A DNA stretch of 64,000 nucleotides from Candidatus Tenderia sp. (lineage in GTDB: Bacteria > Pseudomonadota > Gammaproteobacteria > Tenderiales > Tenderiaceae), in contig JANOSY010000090.1 in assembly GCA_031416075.1 (NCBI GenBank), positions 1-64,000 of the forward strand, written 5' to 3'. Below the pieces are notes generated by a model, which was given only the letters and a program-made list of their open reading frames with translations, was not told where the DNA came from and searched no databases. Made by a program: the position numbers and the translations under genes. Every line of letters starts with the position of its first letter. The stretch's first letter is position 1. Below, one piece after another: positions 1 through 11,500 of this stretch.

Positions 1-462
1 GGTATCTGCCGTTTAGCCAGGCTGGCGGCGCCCTGCTGTTTCACCTGTTGTCCAAACTGTACGAGCACACCAGCGTAATCATCACCACAAACCTGAGCTT
101 CTCGGAATGGTCCAGCGTCTTTGGCGATGCCAAGATGACCACGGCGCTACTGGATCGGCTTACCCACCACTGCCACATCGTCGAGACGGGCAATGACTCA
201 TACCGGTTCCAGCACAGCAGCGTGGCTGCAAAGTCACGCATCAAAATGCGCGAGCAAACACGCAAGGGAGGCAAGCTAAGAACAAGTGATGAGGAGATCT
301 AATTGGGAATAGGGGGGGAAGTTCGCTATTGGATACATCCTTTGTGAATTTCCCCGTACTTATTTGATAGGCTTATCCATAGCTGTTGATTAAAAAAACA
401 GCGCCCGGTCTTGGGTCAATATTCAATCGGCAGGATGGGTCAATATTCACTCAGCGCTAACA
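1..462 (+). mobile_element. Right end of IS21-family insertion sequence
   Basis: istB followed by two copies of TGGGTCAATATTCA (412-425, 436-449) and terminus ...CGCTAACA at 462; reverse complement TGTTAGCGCTGAGTGAATATTGACCCA is a typical IS21-family end. Adhesin-like sequence starts immediately after. Confidence 0.85.
3..302 (+). CDS. istB: IS21-family helper ATPase IstB, C-terminal part (5' end outside window)
   Basis: Frame open from window start: [69 protein letters not shown], the typical IstB C-terminus. Confidence 0.95.
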   Translation, partial: YLPFSQAGGALLFHLLSKLYEHTSVIITTNLSFSEWSSVFGDAKMTTALLDRLTHHCHIVETGNDSYRFQHSSVAAKSRIKMREQTRKGGKLRTSDEEI

Positions 463-1506
463 CCCTGAACAATCGTGCCACCGGCAACAACCTCTGGACT
501 ATCGCCGGCAACAGCAGCGCCGTCAGCAATGTCGCCCGGTTCCTGAACATGCAGTGGCTCAATGGCGGCAGCGGCGATGACACCTTCACCCTCGGCAACA
601 GCGGCGTGGTGAGTGGCATCCTGGATGGCGGTAGCGGTAGCAACCGCCTCAATGGCCGGGCACAGGGAGACAACGACTGGTTAATCACGGATACACTGAG
701 CAGCGTCAGCCACGTCTTTGCCTTTCGTAACATGCAGCACCTTTATGGTGGCAATGGCGTCGACACCTTCACACTCAATGGCACCCCCAACGGCAACATC
801 AGTGGCAGCGTCAACGGTATGGCCGGTGATGATATTTTCAACATCAGCGTCGCCATCACCGGGCAGCTGCTCGGTGGTGAGGGCAACGACACCTTCAACA
901 TCAACAGTCATGATCTGAACATCGCCAGCATCGACGGCGGCACGGGCAGCAACACCCTGCGCGGGGCCAATGAGAGCAGCCGCTGGCAACTGACCGGCAG
1001 CCATAACGGCACCCTGATCACCGCACTGGGTGTAGGCGGCCTAGCCCTGAAAGAGATCACCTTTGCCAACATCAACCGCCTGCAGGGCGGCACAGCGGAT
1101 GATTGGTTTATGTTGAATGATGCTGGGAGTCTGGCAACACTCACCATCAATGGCGGTGACAACCGCTTACCCGGTAACACAGTACTGGCCGACACCGTAG
1201 ACCTCTCAACACTGACCGGCGGGTTACGCATTGTGCTCGGCGGCAGCGGCATCAGCAACATCGAAACGCTGCTGGGCAACAGCCATGAGAACACCGTACT
1301 GACAGGTGAAGACCGCGACAACAGCTGGCTGATTAACGGCATCAACAGCGGTGCGGTGGGCGGTATGCAGTTCAGCGGCATCACCCATCTGCAGGGCGGC
1401 GCGGCCAACGACAGCTTCGCCTTTTCAGATACATTGACAGCCCCGTTTGGTGGCAGGATAGACGGCGGTGCCGGTCGTGACACCATCAACTACAGCAACA
1501 TCAAAG
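463..1506 (+). pseudogene. Fragment of a paralogue of the giant RTX-like/FHA-like exoprotein, cut by IS21 at the 5' side and truncated at the 3' side
   Basis: Near-identical at DNA and protein level to about 11253-12527 of the 3009-aa gene, lacking one 246-bp repeat unit. The ORF-track start (411) lies inside the IS end and the tail after 1506 is unrelated. Confidence 0.85.
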
Positions 1507-1579
1507 CGAGATGTAAAACAGCGGTTGCGCCATGCTTTATAAATGTGTGAGTCTATGGCGGATTTACCAGAGGCTGGCC

Positions 1580-2095
1580 ATGATCAATCTTAAACGTAGT
1601 GGTACATTTACACTGTTAATTACATTGCTGCTGCTGGGCGGCTGTAAAGGTGAGGAGGATAATATGTTGTTTCAAGCTGAAAATTACTGTCTCTTTTCTG
1701 CCATGGAGGGGACGTTGACCTTTCAGGGTAAACCCGCCGCAGGGGCTAAGGTGGTGAGGCAGATCGAGGTTGATAAAAAAGAGAAGCCCGATGTTGTGAT
1801 TGCAGATGATGAAGGTAGGTTTTCTTTTTCAACGATAAACCGGAAGGTTCGTCAGTCGTTTTTAACGGAGTTTGTGGTTCGTCAGGAGCTTTTTGTTCAT
1901 TATCAGGGACAGGAATATAAAATTTGGCATATGTCTAAAGGGGGCGGGCCTGAGTATGAGGAGTTTGGTGGCAATAAATTGGTTAACGTAAGATGTGAAA
2001 TAACTGATGAACTTTCTTATGGTGTTGAGATCGAGAATGGACTCTTGGTTACATCGTGCGTCTGGGATGGCATTAATAAAGCGGAGGTGAATTAA
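1580..2095 (+). CDS. Lipoprotein, DUF6795-like; probable immunity protein for the adjacent lipase
   Basis: Lipobox LLLLGGC; LFSAMEGTLTFQGKPAAGAKVVR...ADDEGRFSF pattern; stop directly abuts lipase ATG; AGAGG upstream of ATG 1580. Confidence 0.65.
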   Translation: MINLKRSGTFTLLITLLLLGGCKGEEDNMLFQAENYCLFSAMEGTLTFQGKPAAGAKVVRQIEVDKKEKPDVVIADDEGRFSFSTINRKVRQSFLTEFVVRQELFVHYQGQEYKIWHMSKGGGPEYEEFGGNKLVNVRCEITDELSYGVEIENGLLVTSCVWDGINKAEVN

Positions 2096-3238
2096 ATGGA
2101 AATTAAACCAATCACAGCCGCTGAGTTGGCAAGGGATGTGTATAGGGTGCGAGAGCCTATTGAGTTGAAAAGGTTCTTATCCAATAAAATCTTTGCCCCC
2201 GACCCCAAAAGCAAAACCATGCTCAAGGCCGAGGTAGGCGGACGCCTGATCACCGTTACGGATGGTTTTGCGGTGTGCGCCCGTGGTGGTAAGGGGTATG
2301 AACATGATCTGTTTCTGATCTTTCGTGGCACGGAACGTCTGGCGGACTGGATCAGTAATCTTCGTTTGGGGAATGAGCGTTCCGTGACCGGGCTACCGGT
2401 CCACATCGGTTTTAACCACGCCTTTACCAGTATGCTCACACAGTTGCGAACCTTTATCAGCACCAACCTGAAGGGGGTTAACCGCATCCACTGTATCGGT
2501 CACAGTCTGGGCGGTGCCGTGGCAACACTGGCGGCTGACTGGGTGAAATCCCATACGAGCCTGCGTATCATGCTCTATACCTTCGGTGCACCACGGGTTG
2601 GGTTTGAGTTTTTTTCAAAACAGCTGACACGAAAACTGAAGATATCCAACATCTACCGTGTCTACCATGATAGTGACCCGGTACCGATGGTGCCTGTTTA
2701 TCCCTATTCACATACCCCGCTGCCGGGGTATGGCTACAGTTTTGTTACAGGGCAAATATTGAGTCCCGCCCTTCATAAAGTTGATTCCTACGTTAACTCA
2801 GCGCGTAACAAAGAGTGGGATAAAATAATGTACTCAGCACCATTGAGCAGCAACGAGCAGCTCATTCAACAGTGGCTGATCTCAGACAAACCCATCAGCC
2901 CACTCAACCCCAAGACGTGGGAGTTCATCGATGTCAGCTTACAGTGGGTGCTGAAAGGGATCATGGTAGGCGCACTTGATACCCTGCAGTCGCATGCCAT
3001 GAGCCTCTCCACCCTGGCAGACAGAATCGCCTTGATACTGCACAAAGGTATCGACCTTGCCAAAGATACCGGGATCTGGGTATTGCGAGTGATGCGTAAA
3101 ATGATGCAGGCGTTGGGTATGAAAGTTGTCGACTCAGTTGAGCAGTTAACACGGGCCTTTATGCGGACCATCCTTGAGCGGTTGATGCGTAAAATGGCAG
3201 AGGCAGCCGCACAGGCGTTGCGTGGTATTATCGGATAA
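2096..3238 (+). CDS. Class 3 lipase (Lipase_3), Tle-like phospholipase effector candidate
   Basis: FRGT, VHIGF, GHSLGGA nucleophile elbow, YTFGAPRVG and DPVPMVP motifs; no signal peptide; helical C-terminal extension. Confidence 0.85.
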   Translation: MEIKPITAAELARDVYRVREPIELKRFLSNKIFAPDPKSKTMLKAEVGGRLITVTDGFAVCARGGKGYEHDLFLIFRGTERLADWISNLRLGNERSVTGLPVHIGFNHAFTSMLTQLRTFISTNLKGVNRIHCIGHSLGGAVATLAADWVKSHTSLRIMLYTFGAPRVGFEFFSKQLTRKLKISNIYRVYHDSDPVPMVPVYPYSHTPLPGYGYSFVTGQILSPALHKVDSYVNSARNKEWDKIMYSAPLSSNEQLIQQWLISDKPISPLNPKTWEFIDVSLQWVLKGIMVGALDTLQSHAMSLSTLADRIALILHKGIDLAKDTGIWVLRVMRKMMQALGMKVVDSVEQLTRAFMRTILERLMRKMAEAAAQALRGIIG

Positions 3239-3357
3239 ATTTCAGAATAGTGCCGGATCGTTAATAAAACGATTAAATAGATCTCTAAAAAACAAAACAG
3301 CCATCAAACAACCAATCACCCCACGCGCACCTTATTATAAAGACGAGACCACCAATC

Positions 3358-4686
3358 ATGACCCACACCACACAACATAGCAGCCCACGCACCCTCGCCA
3401 CGCTCCTGCTCACAGCGTTCATACTACTATTACAGGCGTGTGGCGGCGGTGGTGGCGGCCCCGCCCCTACTTACACCGTGGGCGGTAGTATCACGGGCCT
3501 GGGCAACAGCCCCGTTGTTTTGCAAAATAATGGCACAGAATCACTCAGCATCAGTGTGGATGGCAGCTACCAGTTCCCCACTGCCCTGAACCAAGGGGTC
3601 AATTACTCCATCACTGTGCTTACCCAACCCACGGGTTACAACTGTGGTGTCAGTAACAGTACAGGCACTGTAGGCCAGCAGAACATCACTACTATTGCAG
3701 TCACCTGTACCGCACTGCCCACGTATACTATTGGTGGCACTGTTACCGGCCTGGGCAGCAACCCAGTCATATTACAAAATAACAGTAGCGAACAGCTTAG
3801 CGTCAGTGCTAATGGCAGCTACCAGTTCCCCACCGCCCAACTCGAAGGGAGCAGCTACAGCGTCACCGTTCATACTCAACCCAGCGGTTACAGCTGTAGT
3901 GTCAGCAGCAACACCGGTACCGTCGCGCAACAAAACATCACCACCATCACCGTTAATTGTGGCGTCACCGCCACCGGGTATTACACCGGTAGTGCTGATG
4001 TTAAAGCCGACAACAATACCAGCAACCTCAACATCCCCGACCTACGGGCCATGGTCAACGGCAACCGCCTCATGCTCATGAGTCTGGGACAACAGCTACT
4101 CTATGATGGCACCATCACCATCACCGGCAGCAACTACAGCGGCAGCGTCACCCTCTACAAAAGTGGTGCACGCACCAGTACCACTCCGGTCGCCGTCAGT
4201 GGCACCATCACCAGCGCCTCCAGAATCACAGGCACACTGGCAGGCAGTGGCGCGGGTAATGGTACGTTTGATGTGCTGTACAACACATCAGTGAACGCAC
4301 AGGCGGCATCGTTGGCGCGGGTGGTGAATACGGTGACGAGGAGTTATTGGGGAGGGGCATTTTATCTGCCATGGGCAGCGGATACGGCAACTTTGTTTAA
4401 AGTTGTTGACGGAGGCGGAATAGAGCATGTAGGTACCGCTATTCGTGGTTATTTTGCTAGTTGCCGGTTTGAGGGAAATAATATAACGCCGGTTGTAAAT
4501 AGTAGCCTCTATCAGTTCGATATCACATACTCCACTTGTGATGAGATAGCTCGTCGATCAAACTATACTGGCTTGGTCACTAACCTATCTGTTACCACAG
4601 CTCCTGCTGATGGGGATTTGCTGCTTGTGGCATTTTCCAATGGTGAGTCGGCAGGTTTTGCAGAGTTTGTATACAGAGAATACTAA
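3358..4686 (+). CDS. Surface lipoprotein with two 84-aa Ig-like beta repeats
   Basis: Lipobox LLLQAC followed by GGGGGG; repeats YTVGGSITGLG..VVLQNN..GSYQFPT..TQP.GY.C.V..GTV..NITTI.V.C starting at 3472 and 3724. Confidence 0.75.
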   Translation: MTHTTQHSSPRTLATLLLTAFILLLQACGGGGGGPAPTYTVGGSITGLGNSPVVLQNNGTESLSISVDGSYQFPTALNQGVNYSITVLTQPTGYNCGVSNSTGTVGQQNITTIAVTCTALPTYTIGGTVTGLGSNPVILQNNSSEQLSVSANGSYQFPTAQLEGSSYSVTVHTQPSGYSCSVSSNTGTVAQQNITTITVNCGVTATGYYTGSADVKADNNTSNLNIPDLRAMVNGNRLMLMSLGQQLLYDGTITITGSNYSGSVTLYKSGARTSTTPVAVSGTITSASRITGTLAGSGAGNGTFDVLYNTSVNAQAASLARVVNTVTRSYWGGAFYLPWAADTATLFKVVDGGGIEHVGTAIRGYFASCRFEGNNITPVVNSSLYQFDITYSTCDEIARRSNYTGLVTNLSVTTAPADGDLLLVAFSNGESAGFAEFVYREY

Positions 4687-4728
4687 AAAATTAAGCCGTT
4701 GATTCTAAAAATCATATAGGAGGTATAC

Positions 4729-5106
4729 ATGGAATTAGTTGATCTTTTTTTGGCTCCTGAGGACCTGTTTCGTTTAGGTAATGCCACAAGTCCAAGGCTT
4801 ACCCATATTAGAACACCAAAAGATATAAATACAATTAATATGAATGGAATCACAGTTGTTGTGGCAAATGGAAAAGGGATCTCCTTGGCAACAAAGGATA
4901 GATTAAACAAGAGTCCTGTTGATGGCTGGGTCTGGAAGATTGCCAAGGGAACGCAAATACCCCGTGGATTGAAGTTACTAAATGACAGGCCGGGGCATTA
5001 CAGTATTTGCCCTCAATCAAACATGCCGCTGGATGAGTTTGTTGGTTTGCTATCCAAGTTAGCGATGAAGTGTCAGAAAACATTTAAGAAGCAGATTATA
5101 GGATGA
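4729..5106 (+). CDS. Tse2-like ADP-ribosyltransferase-fold toxin
   Basis: LFR...GISL...IAKGTQIPRGLKLLND...HYSICP..M matches the Tse2 pattern (LYR...GTSV...IPDGTDIPPDLKV..D...HYTIMP..M); strong RBS AGGAGG. Confidence 0.7.
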   Translation: MELVDLFLAPEDLFRLGNATSPRLTHIRTPKDINTINMNGITVVVANGKGISLATKDRLNKSPVDGWVWKIAKGTQIPRGLKLLNDRPGHYSICPQSNMPLDEFVGLLSKLAMKCQKTFKKQIIG

Positions 5107-5321
5107 TAAAAAAACGAGAATTAGACATTAAGTTGTATGACTGGGAGGCAAGATACGTTATTGAATCTATTTCAAAAGAGATGGAGCGACTTAAAGTGAT
5201 TGCTGAAAAATCAAGCGACGAGGATGAAGCATCAGATGCGGGAAATGATTATCTAGAAATTTCCGGATTGAAAGAGCGCTTGGAGGGGTTGGTGAAAAAC
5301 ACGTTCGGTGATCATTTTTGA
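5103..5321 (+). CDS. Small acidic helical protein, probable cognate immunity/antitoxin (Tsi2-like)
   Basis: 72 aa, acidic, predicted helical hairpin; ATGA overlap with the toxin stop. Confidence 0.6.
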   Translation: MIKKRELDIKLYDWEARYVIESISKEMERLKVIAEKSSDEDEASDAGNDYLEISGLKERLEGLVKNTFGDHF

Positions 5322-5548
5322 AATATATGTTTCTCATAGAAATAGCGACTCATAGATTTCAGAAGAGTGTCCATAGATGAAATGTGCTTATCAAAGTTAT
5401 GAACTGAAAACCACTACACGATTCTTAGCGTTAAAAACATGTTGCCACAAGAGAAGCGACGTCGCATATAAACAGATCAATACACAATTTCATATATAGC
5501 GGGCCAGAGAGTGAAACTCTGATCATTCAAAAGGGCAAGGTAACATAA

Positions 5549-8500
5549 ATGAGCAGACAAAAAAACGCAATGGCCCATACAGCGTCACTTGGTTTACGGG
5601 TCGTGCTGGTTAAACAGGTACTGCTGCTCATCTCCATATTCTGCACATCCTCTCTTTACGCCGGACCCGAAGGCGGCGTAGTCACTGGCGGTGCAGGTAG
5701 CATCAGCCAGAGTGGTCTTACCACCACCATCCAGCAGAACAGCCAGAACATGGCCATTGACTGGCAGGGCTACAACGTTAACAGCAATGAACGTGTGCAG
5801 TACATTCAGCCTAACTCATCGTCCCTGTCTCTTAACCATATTCTCAGTAACTCAGCCTCCACCATCCGTGGCCGCATCGACGCCAATGGTCAGGTGATTT
5901 TGGTTAACCCCAACGGCATATTCTTCACCTCAGAATCGGTCATCAACGTCGGCGGTATCATCGCCTCCGCCCTTGATATTAAAACCAGCGACTTCATGAA
6001 CAGAGACTACCTGTTTAACGAAGTGATCGGCGGTACTGGCAACAGCGACGGTGTGGTGATCAATCGTGGCACCATCAATGCCGCCCTCGGCGGCAATGTA
6101 GCGCTACTTGGTAAGCGGGTAGAAAACAGTGGCCTCATCGCCGCCAATCTTGGTTCAGTGGCATTGGCCGCAGGCAAGCGGGCGGTATTGAGTTTTGATA
6201 ACGCCGGACTGTTGGGTGTAAGTGTTAGCGAAGCCGTATTACAAAACGAACTGGGGCTAGACCCCGCCGTACTCAATAGCGGCACCATTCAGGCACAGGC
6301 CGGGCAGGTACTGCTGACGGGCAGTGTTAGCCAGAATCTGTTTACACAAGCCGTCAACAGCGGCGACATAGAGCAGGCCCGCAGTGTGGTGGTGAACAGT
6401 GATGGCAGCTTTGACTTGGGTGGCGGTGCTGATGTGGTGAACAGTGGCAGTGTTGATGTATCAAATATAATCAGCACCCCAATCACTGATGCTACTTCCG
6501 CTGGGCACATCGTTATGCTCGGTGAAAACATCACTAGCAGCGGCAGGTTAAACGCCGATGCTGATCGGGGTAATGGCGGCGAGATAGAGTTGCATTCAAA
6601 CAATACTACCCGGCTCACCAACAACAGTATTACCACTGCACGGTCCAGCAGTTACGGTACAGGGGGAACAGTAACATTGTTGGGTGAGCGTGTGGGTCTG
6701 TTTGATAACAGTCAGGTTGATGCGTCTGGTGATACAGGCGGTGGCACTATATTGGTGGGTGGTGATTATCAGGGCAGCAATCCCACCATTAAAAATGCCA
6801 ACTACACCTTTGTGGGACCGGATGCCAACATCAACGCCGATGCAGTTACCCACGGTGATGGCGGCAAGGTGATTCTCTGGGCGGATAATAGTACGCAATT
6901 TTACGGCGACATCATGGCGCGTGGTGGCAGTGAACGGGGTAATGGTGGTTTTGCGGAGGTATCGGGTAAGCAGGGGTTGGTGTATCAGGGGTTGGCGAAT
7001 TTGACGGCGGCACATGGAATGTATGGTCTGTTATTGTTGGACCCGAAAAATATAACAATTAGCACAGATCCAAAAATTGACAGCTTTCCCGTTCCTAACG
7101 ATTATAGCGATTTTGCAATTAACCGCAGCAAAACCACCACCTTAAACAACAAAGATCTCTCCAACCAATTGGCACTGTCGAGCGTGCGCCTCCAGGCCAA
7201 CAACGACATCAACATCACCGCCAACATCACTAAAGCGGAAACTACCAGCACCACCGACCCCTTGGATGGTGGAGCGCTGACACTACATGCAGGCCGTTCG
7301 ATTACGATGGCGGCGGGGGTTGCTGTTGAGCTTGATGGTAGGGATTTTGTGGCAGTGATAAACCATTCAAGTGCAGATAAAGATCATAGAGATACGGAGC
7401 TGGCTCATTTCACTATGGCTGGTGGCTCCAGCATTAAAACAAATGGTGGCAACATCAGCATCACTACAGGTGCTAAAGACGATATCGGCAACTTCACCCT
7501 GCAGAGCCTCAACAGCTCCGGCGTCGCCGGTGTGGATAATAGCGCCGGTGGCAACGCGGGCAGCATTACCCTCATCAACAACGCTGGCAGTTCGGCGGGC
7601 AGCAGCAGTGTTCAGGGCAACATCATTTTTAATGCGCCGGTGACTGCCCAGGGGGGCGCAGGGGGTATCGGGGCCAATGGCGGTAATGGTGGGCAGATCA
7701 CTATCACGGCTAAAAACAGCAACAATGATTTTGGTGGCAGCAATAAAGAGAACATCACCGTCAATGCCGACGCCCTGATCAGCGCCAACGGCGGTAATGG
7801 TGGCACAGGCACTGCCAACGGCGGCGGTGCCGGGGCCATCGCTCTGACGGCGGATAAGACGATCACGCTCAACAGCAATATAGAAGCCCAAGGTGGCGGC
7901 GGTCAGGGCGGTGGTGTGACAGGCAATGGCAATGCCATTGTGCTGGATGCCAACACCATTACCACCGAGGGCGCACGGGAGGTGAATGCCACGGGGACAA
8001 CAGGCAGCACAACGGGCAACATCACCTTTGCCAGAAACAGCACCAATGTTAATACACTCAACCTTGGTGGTGATCTGACACTGGTGGCTGGCGAGGGAGG
8101 CAATGTACACCTGCGTTCTGACATCAACTACAACGGCATTGCCAGCGGCAGCGGCACACTCCTTCTGCGTGCGGGCAATGACATCAATGTGTATGGCAAT
8201 ATTGGTGACAGCAATACCGGCTCTGCCGACAGACTCAACATTATACTTAACGCCAACAGCGATAACAGTGTCGGCGGCAACGTCACCATTCATAAATATA
8301 CCAATGCAGACACCACCCTCACTACCGGCGGAGGGCTGTTTAATGTGACCGGTGTTGATTACATTGCCGACTCCACTTCAAGCAGATCAGTACTCATCAA
8401 CACTGGTGCTGGCATGGCCACACTGAACATCAGCGGCAGTGCCACCCTGGGCCGGATGCAGGTGGCAGGATTGAGTATCACAACAGCGGGAAAAGATGGC

Positions 8501-11500
8501 AGCAACCCCAGCATTCAACAGGGCAGCACCAATGCCAACGACACCCTGACCGTCACCGGTGCCGCCAGTTTTACCTCCACCGCCAGCGATGGAAAGATCA
8601 TCCTTAGCAACAGTAACAATCTGCAAGGCGACATCAATCTGAACAGCAGTGGCGGCTACCAGGGCGACATCACCCTCAACAACAGCGCCACCACTACAAC
8701 ACTCAACAACGTCAGCGTGGCCGGTAACCTGACCGTCAATGCCAACCGCCACCTGACCGTGAAGGGCAGTGTCATCGGCAAAGGCAGTGATGGCATCGAC
8801 ACCAACCCCAGCAACCCTACCACCACCACCCTGGCACTCAACTTTGGTCAGGGCGGTAGTAACAGCACCTTCACCGCCAACGGCGCCATCGCTGCCGGGA
8901 ATATTAATAGTATGGGTGATGACATCGTCAACATCACCCTGCAGGGGGGCGCGGGCAATGACACCTTCACCCTGAATAGCAGCGGCACACTCACCACCCT
9001 TAACGGCGGCGCCATCACCCTGAATGGGGCCAGTGGCAATGATACGTTTAATATTCACACCGCCATTGCCGGCAGTGTGAACGGTGGTGATGGCGATGAT
9101 GTTTTTAATTTGAATGCCACGGGGCTGGCCATTACCAGCATTAATGGTAATGGTGGTGACAATACGTTGAGTGGTGCCGCCGAGAATACCGAGTGGTTGA
9201 TCAGTGGCAGCGATGCGGGGAAGATCACCACCAGCGGTAATAACACCGTTAACTTCAGCGGCATTAAAAACCTCACCGGTGGCAGTGGCGATGACAGCTT
9301 TACCTTGGGTAGCGGCGGCAGCATCACCGGCACCCTTGATGGCGGGGCTGGGGAGAACTCACTGACGGCGCGTGATGCAAATAACGTCTGGTTAGTGGCG
9401 GCAGTGAGCAGCATCAGCAGCGTTGACAACGCCACCCGCTTTAGCAACATAAAAACACTCAACGGTGGCAGCGGTAACGACGCATTCACCCTGACCGGTG
9501 CGTTTGCCGGAGAGATCCATGGCAACGGTGGCAGTAATACCCTGCAGGCCACCAACAGCTCCAACAGCTGGGCGATTGGTGCAGTGAATCAACTGAATAC
9601 CACCCTGACCTTCAGCGACATTCAAACAGTGATCGGTGGTACTGCCGTGGATACCTTTACCATCAGTGATAACTTTGGTGGCACCCTCAGGGGTGGTGAT
9701 GGCAACGATGTTTTTAATATTGCCGCGTCTCTTACTGGCGTGTTGCAGGGGGAGGGCGGTGATGATGTTTTTAACCTGAATGCCACGGGTCTCTCCATCG
9801 CCAGCATCGATGGTGGTGTTGGCAGTAATACCTTGCGTGGTGCCAATGATCTGCTTGCCGACTGGTTGATCAGTGGCAGTGATGCCGGTCGGCTCACTAC
9901 AACAGGTGGTGGCGTGGTTAACTTCACCAACGTTAAACACCTGACTGGTAACAGCGCTGCTGACAATTTCACCCTGGGCAGTGCAGGGGTAGTGACCGGC
10001 ACCCTGAATGGTGGAGGCGGTGCCAACAGACTCAGCGCACGTAATAGCGACAACGTCTGGTCAGTGGCCACAGTGGGCGGCACCAGCAGCGTTAACAACG
10101 CCACCAGCTTTACCAACATACAGACCTTAAACGGTGGCACCGGTAACGACACCTTCACCCTGACCGGTGCGTTTGCCGGTGTGATTAGTGGCAATGGTGG
10201 CAGCAACACCCTGCAGGCCACCAACAGCACCAACAGCTGGGCGATTGGTGCAGTGAATCAACTGAACACCACCCTGACCTTCAGCGACATTCAAACAGTG
10301 ATCGGCGGCACAGGGGTGGATACCTTTACGATCACTGATAACTTTGCAGGCACCCTCAATGGTGGCGATGGCAACGATACTTTTAACATAGCGGCCTCCA
10401 TCAGCGGACAGCTTAACGGTGGCACGGGTGACGACAGCTTTACCCTCAACGCCCTCGGCCTCACCATCGCCGATCTCATCGGTGGTGGTGGCAATGATAC
10501 TCTGCGCGGTGCCAATGAGATTGCCAGCTGGAGCATCAGTGGCAGCGATGCAGGCAGACTCACCACCACTAACGCGGGCAGCGTGAATTTCAGCGGCATC
10601 AAAAACCTGACCGGCGGCAGCGCCGCAGACACCTTCACCCTCGGCGACGCCGGTTCCGTCACTGGCACCGTTGATGGTGGTGCAGGCAGCAACAGCCTCA
10701 CTGGCCGTGCAACCGGAAACCAGCTTTGGACCATTATCACGGGTAACAGCAGCGCCACCTACGTCAACCGGTTTTTTAATATACAGACGCTCAACAGTGT
10801 TGCCGGTGACGACACCTTTACCCTCAGCAGCGACTACAGCGGCACCATTAATGGTGGGACGGGCAACGATACTTTTACCCTTTCTAGTCTGATCCCTTCT
10901 TACAGTGGCACACTCAATGGCGGGGCGGGCAATGATATCTTTAACATCGGCACCCGCGTCACCGGCACCCTCAATGGTGGTGACGGGAATGACACCTTCA
11001 ACATCAACGCCGCCGGATTGACCATCGCCACCCTCATCGGTGGTGATGGCTTCGATATCCTGCGTGGCAACAACGCCACTGCCACCTGGTTAATCAGCGC
11101 CCTGGACAGTGGTTCAATCACCAGCACCTTGGCAGACAACATCACCTATAGCGGCATCGAACATCTGCAGGGTGGCAGTGGCGACGATACCTTTACCCTT
11201 GAGGTGGCCGGGGGCGTGACCGGCAGCATCGACGGTGATGGTGGCAGCAATACCCTGAACGGTCGCGCCACCGGCAACAACCTCTGGACCATCGCCGGCA
11301 ACAGCAGCGCCGTCAGCAATGTCGCCGAGTTCCGGAACATGCAGCGACTCAACGGTGGTAGCGGCGTCGACACCTTCAACATCAGCAGCGATTTTATCGG
11401 CACCCTCAATGGTGGTGCCGGGGCCGATATCTTCAACATCAATGCCACTGGTTTGAACATCACCAGCCTCATCGGCGGTGAAGGCCTCGACACCCTGCGC

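Noticed and set aside
411-1550. 379-aa ORF as an intact gene
   Set aside because: Its start (MGQYSIGRMGQYS) is translated IS21 terminal repeats and its tail is unrelated sequence; it is a gene fragment.
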